This document shows, in pieces, positions 57,950 through 64,000 of a stretch of DNA of 64,000 nt. A program made the translations under genes and the position numbers. The notes under the pieces were generated by a model. That model ran no database searches and was not told the DNA's origin. It saw only the letters and a list, made by a program, of their open reading frames with translations. Location: NCBI RefSeq assembly GCF_000143415.4, contig NW_003314289.1, positions 91,109 to 155,108 of the forward strand. Direction: 5' to 3'. The stretch is from Selaginella moellendorffii (Eukaryota; Plantae; Lycopodiophyta). Within the stretch, counting starts at the first letter, position 1. Each line of letters starts with the position of its first letter.

Positions 57950-60240
57950 GCCACTCACTGTAAGGAAACGTAACGAAACGAGAAAACTTTGGCCTCAAAA
58001 CCTTTGATGTTCCTGTCCTTGCAAAACTCGCTCCACAAGCGCTCCAGGTGCTCCGTCACCTCCTCGTCTTGCTTCGATGCGTCTAGCGAGGCAAGGCTTG
58101 TAAGTCCAGTCCGCGAGAGCAGCATCCGGCAATCGAAATCAACCATCCAGTCCATCTGCGCTCGCGCGTCCTCCCAGCGCAGCGTTGTAGCACAAACACT
58201 GCTCTCGGCATCTGGCAGGCGGGCGATGTAGCAGAGTGCCAGCACCAGGAACAGCGTCAGAGGGATGCCATCTCGCAAGCACGGCATCTAAGCATGCGTG
58301 CTCGTCCAGCGCCGCTGCCTCCTCCTCATGCGGCTGAGCTGACTCTGGAGACGAACTTGGACACCGCCTGAGCATAATTAATATCCCTTGAGATGAAGTT
58401 CCTGACAACATCATTAACACCTTCCCTGGTTTCAAGGTCTCAGACGGGTAGCGTGGTACGCCTCAGATCCGCAGATAAACTACCCAGCAATGGAGTTAAA
58501 CGGGCCGTGGAGGAAAACTACCTAGTGACAAGAGATTTCTATGAAAAGACCTGGAAAAACCTGGAAAGCATCGCAACGTTATTGAAATGGATCTCTTGCC
58601 CCGCAAGCCTTGCAATGGGGAATTCAGATGCAAGAAGTCTTTTTTTATTGGTTTCTCTTGTCGACAACAGTTGCAGGGCGATGCAAAGGGGAGGCGGAGG
58701 AGAAGTGGAGCATCAAATTCTCCCCTTACCAAAGCTACTGGACTTGGTGTCCAAGGTTGTATGCCGCACTACCATGCCATCTCGGCTTTGCACGCAGCAC
58801 GCTCGCATCTGGCTTGGGCGCTACGACCTCCGAATCTATTACGACCACAAGTTGACGTGTAAGTTTTGTGCCTCTCCAGAGTTATATATGTTCAAGTGTT
58901 TTGTTCGACGAGATGGCCAGCTTGGGACATAGGATTCTAGCATGCAAGAGGAGGAGGAGGTATGTACATGTTTGTGTGCACAAACTTTGATTCTTTTCTT
59001 CTTGCCAGGTTCTAGCAAATGGTTTTTGCAAGGAGCGCACTCCGTCCTTCATGGAGAAAGGTGTGAGGGACTGCACTGTTGAAGCAATGTGGTAATAGCT
59101 TCCATTATTCAACACATAGATTTAATCTCGGCATTGGTTTTTGTGATGAAGGGTGTTCCCCTACGAAAAGAAAGAGGCATGGCTGATGAACAGGACTACG
59201 ATCTCGCAAAGCCACCGGACACGGCGATGTGGCGTGCTTATAAACAGTACGTTGGGCATCCCGTGGTGGTTCTTAGAGAGCATAGAATGATTCGAGGCCG
59301 CATCCTTTGCAATATCTGAATACACCCGGTTCCTTGGCTGGGAGACAAAGTCGAAGCACAGCAGGGATCATCTCTTTCCACCGGCAATCGAGGAATTCGA
59401 AAAGGAGGACCTCATAAGAGAGGACATTCCAATACCAGCACTTGACGTACTTGTAAGCTCCATGTAAGCCCTTAAATATAAAGTCCATAGATCGAGATGA
59501 GGGCGAAACGTTTGCGAGGCTGGAGCGATGACAGCCATGGCGGCGCCCCTGGAGGTATGTGCTGAAATGATTCAGGAAGTATTCACTCTTCTGGTAGATT
59601 TCGCAGGATTATTGAGAGTGCTGGTATCTGGCAAGGTGAACGAGGCAATGAAGGTGGGTTTTCCCTGCTTCTTTCTGCGATTTGGAAGTAATATGGCATG
59701 TGTTCTTCTGTTGTAGCGCAAACCGAGACGGCGACTGGACCCGCTGTCTGGAAATGTTATCGTGAAACTTTTTGAGAGTTACTTCGAGGAAGCACTACTC
59801 TGACGGGGTATGAATGGTACGTGACGAGCTTTGTTCCTGTTTTTTTCCTTCGTGTGATGATAGGCGTATCCTTGTGGAAACTATCTATCCATCTGACGTT
59901 GCGGATTCCTCGACTGGACTAGATTCGGCGGTTCGAGCAGAAGCTTTATATGCGTTACAGCAGCTAAAGAGAAGTCGGGATTCAACGTTAAGCATTTTGT
60001 ACAGATACTCGGGGTTTTACCGCCTTCATGCCATTTCACGAACATCTAGAGGATCGGCTACATGAACTCACTGCTTCAGACGCTTAAGGTAATTACTTTT
60101 ATCTCTTATCCTTTTGTTGGTTTTTCCACAGTTGTGATTCAGGCAGTGTACCATATGCCTACGACCAAGAATGCTGTTCCCATTCACTGGCCTTGCAGAG
60201 CCTCTTTGGCAAGCTGCAATATAGTGGTGCTGTAGGAAAA
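57950..60240. pseudogene. Unidentified coding-like fragments on both strands
   Basis: Short protein-like ORFs with intron-like interruptions and stops. No recognised family. Confidence 0.25.
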
Positions 60241-60899
60241 CTTTATTTATAACAATTTAATACAATTCTGTCAAGAATTTACCTAGAATATCCAGGAATA
60301 TCTAGTATATTCTTGAATATTCTTCATAGATTTTTTAAAACTTTTCATATATAAACTTAAGCCAAAACCTAAAGAAACTAAGATAAGAGAAACAAATGGC
60401 CATTTCTCTGTCTGGTGTTCCTGTCCCATAGGCATTGGTGATGAAACAATCTCCGGACAGCGTCACAAAACGCTGGATCCGGAAGAAACGCGTTCCGCCA
60501 GCAGCAGCAGGGTAGCAAGAGCAAGGGCGAGCAACATTCTCATTCGTCGCAGAATCTACCTGATGAGCGCGAAGAACATCTATAGAGTTATTGAAAGAAC
60601 TCTGCTGCCATTCTCACGAGAAAAGGTTGAAAAATAGTTTATTGATGATAGTTTGTGACGGAAGAAGTATGGAGTAAGGAGTTAAGTCTTATCGGTAAGA
60701 CCATAACGATAATTTTCACGGACCACCTCTTAGCAGGAAAAAGAAAAGGTTAAAAAATAATGCATGATTGTTATGTTTTTAAGCAGGAAAATGGAGTTTA
60801 CTCCTCGTGGATACAATAGCGTGGGAGCCAATTTGTACTAGAGCTGCCAAAGTAGTCATTCACGTCTTTGGGTTCTTTTTCTCTTTTGCCAAGAATACA

Positions 60900-61500
60900 G
60901 ATGTGCTAACAACACATAAGGGAACCATTCCATGGGTCCAAGCCCAGGACGTTTTGACTTGCAAAACTTCCTCGCATGGCTCTTACAGGTGGCATGGTGG
61001 CTATGAGTTCGCTCAAGTAACCAGCTCGACTCAGCAATCCCAGCAAGCAGCCGTAATGCTGCTTCGTGTGGGCCACTTCAAAATCGAAGCGAATGGATCG
61101 AAACAAGTTTCTTCCCTCTCCTTTGTCTGGAGTACACACAAACATGTGACATCGTCCAGGGTTTCGACAGGGTTCACCTCCTAAAAGAGCTCCTTGACTC
61201 TACGTTTTGTGCGAAGCCACCAAAAATCGAGTTCCAAATGATTACATCTTGGGTTAGCTTGTTCACCTCCTAAAAGAGCTCCTTGACTCTACGTTTTGTG
61301 CGAAGCCACCAAAAATCGAGTTCCAAATGATTACATCTTGGGTTAGCAAGCCTTGAAATGTCCTTTTGGCTCGATCTAGATGACCGTTTTTGGCATATGC
61401 AGTAAACAAGGCAGTCCATGATACTAGATTTCTGATTTCCATTTTATCAAAAAGTAGTTTTGCTTCTTTATGTTGTGCAAAGCTTGACAGGATTATATTG
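60900..61500 (-). pseudogene. PPR (PLS-E) pseudogene remnant
   Basis: FRSIRFDFEVAHTKQHYGCLLGLLSRAG..IATMP, and further upstream AKLLFDKMEIRNLVSWTALFTAYAKNGH. Confidence 0.75.
61172..61347. repeat. Perfect 87-bp tandem duplication
   Basis: 61172-61258 is identical to 61261-61347. Confidence 0.95.
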
Positions 61501-61844
61501 TAAGAACTAAGGTCTTTTCTTGCAGAGAATCAAATAGATCACCTTCCCATTTGATCAATGATAAGGTTACTGTGTTTAAGATACATGCTTTGTGCGTAAG
61601 CAGCTACATTCGTACATGAAGAGATGCCGCGATCCAACAAGGTCCATCCGATCAAAGCCCTGCTCGCTTGACACGTGTGAAGTCGATCGTGAACGAATTA
61701 CATGAGTAAAAAGTAAGGTTTGGTCGCTTTCAAAGTGGAGCGCGAATTCACAAATCCACGGCCACCGCTCGTTTGAAATGATGAAACATCACTCGGCACA
61801 TATATCCGGCCAGGGAGGGCGGGCAAACGCGCAAGATCGAGAGG

Positions 61845-62518
61845 CATGGCAGTCCAAGAAGCTCCTCTGGTGCGTCGTTCTTCTGCTCGTAGTTTTGGAT
61901 GATCGAGCCGCGCTCAAGGGTGCCGGAACCACGACCCATCGGCGCATCCGCCCTGCCGCCGCGCTCAAGGGTGCCGGAACCACGACCCATCGGCGCATCC
62001 GCCCTGTCGCCGCGCTCAAGGGTGCCGGAAGAAGACGGACCACCGTCCTGCGCCCAATCGCCCTGATCGCCCTGATCAATCGGCGCATCCGCAATGCTGG
62101 AGCCGGAGCTACCCCCGGATGCGCCGATTGATCAGGGCGATCAGAGCGATCATCAGGCACAGGACGGTGGCGCGTCTAGCTCCACCCTCGGGATGCTTTG
62201 GACGAGGCTCCACTCCACAGGTTCTCATTTGATTTTTTCTATCACCATGCTCTTAGGAATGGCGTCCCGCAGTGCATAGCGCCTTCTCTCGTCTGTGAGC
62301 ACCTCGAATGCCAGAACGAAGGCCAGTATCCTCACACCCATCTTGAACACTTCTATCAGTCGCTTGGAAACGTGATGCGAGTGCTTGGAAACGGGGATGG
62401 ATACTTCGAGGCTCTAATGAAGGCTTCTCGTTTCAAGCTATCAGAAGGCACTGATCCTTGTTCCAACCTCAAGAAGATGGAGGTGGCCGAGGATAGAGAC
62501 ATCAAGGACGACCTCTGA
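61845..62518 (+). pseudogene. Frameshifted putative secreted-protein gene with a 51-bp tandem repeat (61907-62029)
   Basis: Signal-peptide-like SKKLLWCVVLLLVVL is out of frame with the nearby ATG. About 2.4 copies of a 51-bp unit, followed by a Cys-containing ORF at 62198-62518. Confidence 0.4.
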
Positions 62519-62915
62519 TTGTCACTTGGTCTATCGATCGTTCCATTTCATTTGTGATTGTTTAGTTTTTTTTTTTCTTATAATGTGAGCCAAGGTCTTT
62601 TTCCGAAGCGTCCAACTATCCACAGGCTCCAACCCAGCAGTAGTTTCGCTGGCTCTGTCTTAACCTCATCGGTGTGGGAACTGCGGAATTTTGGGGGTTT
62701 GGCTGGGCGTGGTGATGATCCTAGCGATGGCCGTAGAAGCTCAGAGACATGGTGCTGAGTTGTCAGGCGCGCCGTGTGGGCTCACAAGATCTAACAAAAT
62801 GCCTAGCGCTGAAGAATTGTGTCAGAAAATGGAGGCTAGAAACGGTTTCTGGATATGCCCAAACAGGGTATCTTTCGAGGTTGATTCATTTCATGCTAAT
62901 AAATTGCTTGTACAA

Positions 62916-63938
62916 CTACATTGAGCATGGATATGTTTGTCTTACAAATGTCATGTTTCCCAGCTTATATGGAATATTTGATAAAAATTTTATAGGTTTG
63001 TTGTAAGTGCTTCCAAACACCCTCTCCCATTTTACTTTAGAAAATTGTACATTCTCCGCATCCCAGTGAATTAAGCACTTTGAAACCAAAGTCCCGTGAG
63101 AACTATACGCATGTAACTCATTATCTTTCATCACAACCAATTGTTTAATTGGCTCTCCATCCAGCTTTCCAGATAAACATTCCCAGGCAGACGTCTCCTC
63201 ATTCCAAAAATAAAGCCAATTTCCACCACTGTCCTTGAACCATTCTATTTTTACCAACAGTACCTTATTTAAAACTGTCATAGCTGGGATTACGCCACTC
63301 TCAATCACGGTAACGGTAAAAGGTTCACACCAACCCTTTGTACAAATGCTATGGCTCCCCATATCCAAGAATCGCAGCTCCAAACTCACTGCCTTAATTC
63401 CAACTGGGAAAGTTACACGCTCAAAAGCGCCCACAATTCCATCTTGAAACACAAGCATCCTCTCAAGCTTGCAATCTGTAGGCAATTCCGCTAGAACGCT
63501 CCATTCCTTTACATCCAAGTCATATCTTCCTAGTGTCTTGCCATCTGCTGCTATGTAGAGACTGCCTCTGAGGTACACCATTTGTGGATTGCTTGAAAAG
63601 GTGGTGGCGCAGAGATCTCTTGTGATTTGAATGCTGCTCCCCTTGGAAAGGTCAAACAGATGTGATTGCCCAATCTCTCGTGAGTACATGATCACAAACC
63701 CCTCGCTACAACACATGACTTCCCAGTTTACTTGATTACCACCAACAATTGGGCATGGAACTGCCTTGATCCCTAATATTTCATAAGGCAATCCTACCAT
63801 CTTCTGTAGCACGTGATTCCATTCGAACACTTCTTGCAAGCCTTGTCGAGTGCCCTTGTCTACCCTTGAAAAGATCTCCGCCAATAACTCCTCTGGTACC
63901 ATGACTCTGCCGCAAGAACAACCTAATATGTTAGCCAT
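62916..63938 (-). CDS. F-box protein with degenerate beta-propeller/kelch-like C-terminus
   Basis: 340 aa intronless ORF with F-box-like VPEELLAEIFSRV..EW, then CCSEGFVIM and YLRGSLY..YDLDVKEWS. Confidence 0.72.
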   Translation of the reverse strand: MANILGCSCGRVMVPEELLAEIFSRVDKGTRQGLQEVFEWNHVLQKMVGLPYEILGIKAVPCPIVGGNQVNWEVMCCSEGFVIMYSREIGQSHLFDLSKGSSIQITRDLCATTFSSNPQMVYLRGSLYIAADGKTLGRYDLDVKEWSVLAELPTDCKLERMLVFQDGIVGAFERVTFPVGIKAVSLELRFLDMGSHSICTKGWCEPFTVTVIESGVIPAMTVLNKVLLVKIEWFKDSGGNWLYFWNEETSAWECLSGKLDGEPIKQLVVMKDNELHAYSSHGTLVSKCLIHWDAENVQFSKVKWERVFGSTYNKPIKFLSNIPYKLGNMTFVRQTYPCSM

Positions 63939-64000
63939 CTATTTATGGCTATTTGGAAGGAATAAAGGTATAATATTCTTGGAGATAATTCCACTGTAAT

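Overview
Eukaryotic nuclear DNA from a plant with a very compact genome: introns are mostly 47-100 nt and many intergenic spacers are under 300 bp. The PPR types, the GID1 sequence and the gene density point to a lycophyte, most likely Selaginella (inference). Gene-dense blocks hold about 17 apparently intact genes: two tandem omega-3 desaturases, a GID1-like carboxylesterase, a 2OG-Fe(II) dioxygenase, two PLS-E PPR proteins, the gibberellin receptor GID1, DUF1118/RIQ, a divergent TraB-like protein, RabD, pfkB/NARA5, PSB33, CPSF73-II/INTS11, an AHK1-type histidine kinase, mTERF4-like, VIM/ORTHRUS and an F-box protein. Decayed islands (about 8.5-23.5, 29.2-30.9, 42.2-49.8 and 57.9-62.9 kb) interrupt these blocks. 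They contain a deleted Gypsy element carrying a GC-rich minisatellite, a MITE, scrambled Copia pieces and gene fragments, often degenerate copies of the adjacent genes. The most interesting leads are: (1) a GID1-like hydrolase with its catalytic Asp replaced by Cys, linked to true GID1; (2) tandem CDE/CHR (DREAM-type) motifs and a mini-exon tail ending in a SIM-like motif in VIM; (3) a TraB-fold protein lacking metal ligands; (4) islands bounded by copies of their neighbouring genes. No rRNA, tRNA or CRISPR array was recognised. All identifications are from manual motif recognition, not database searches.
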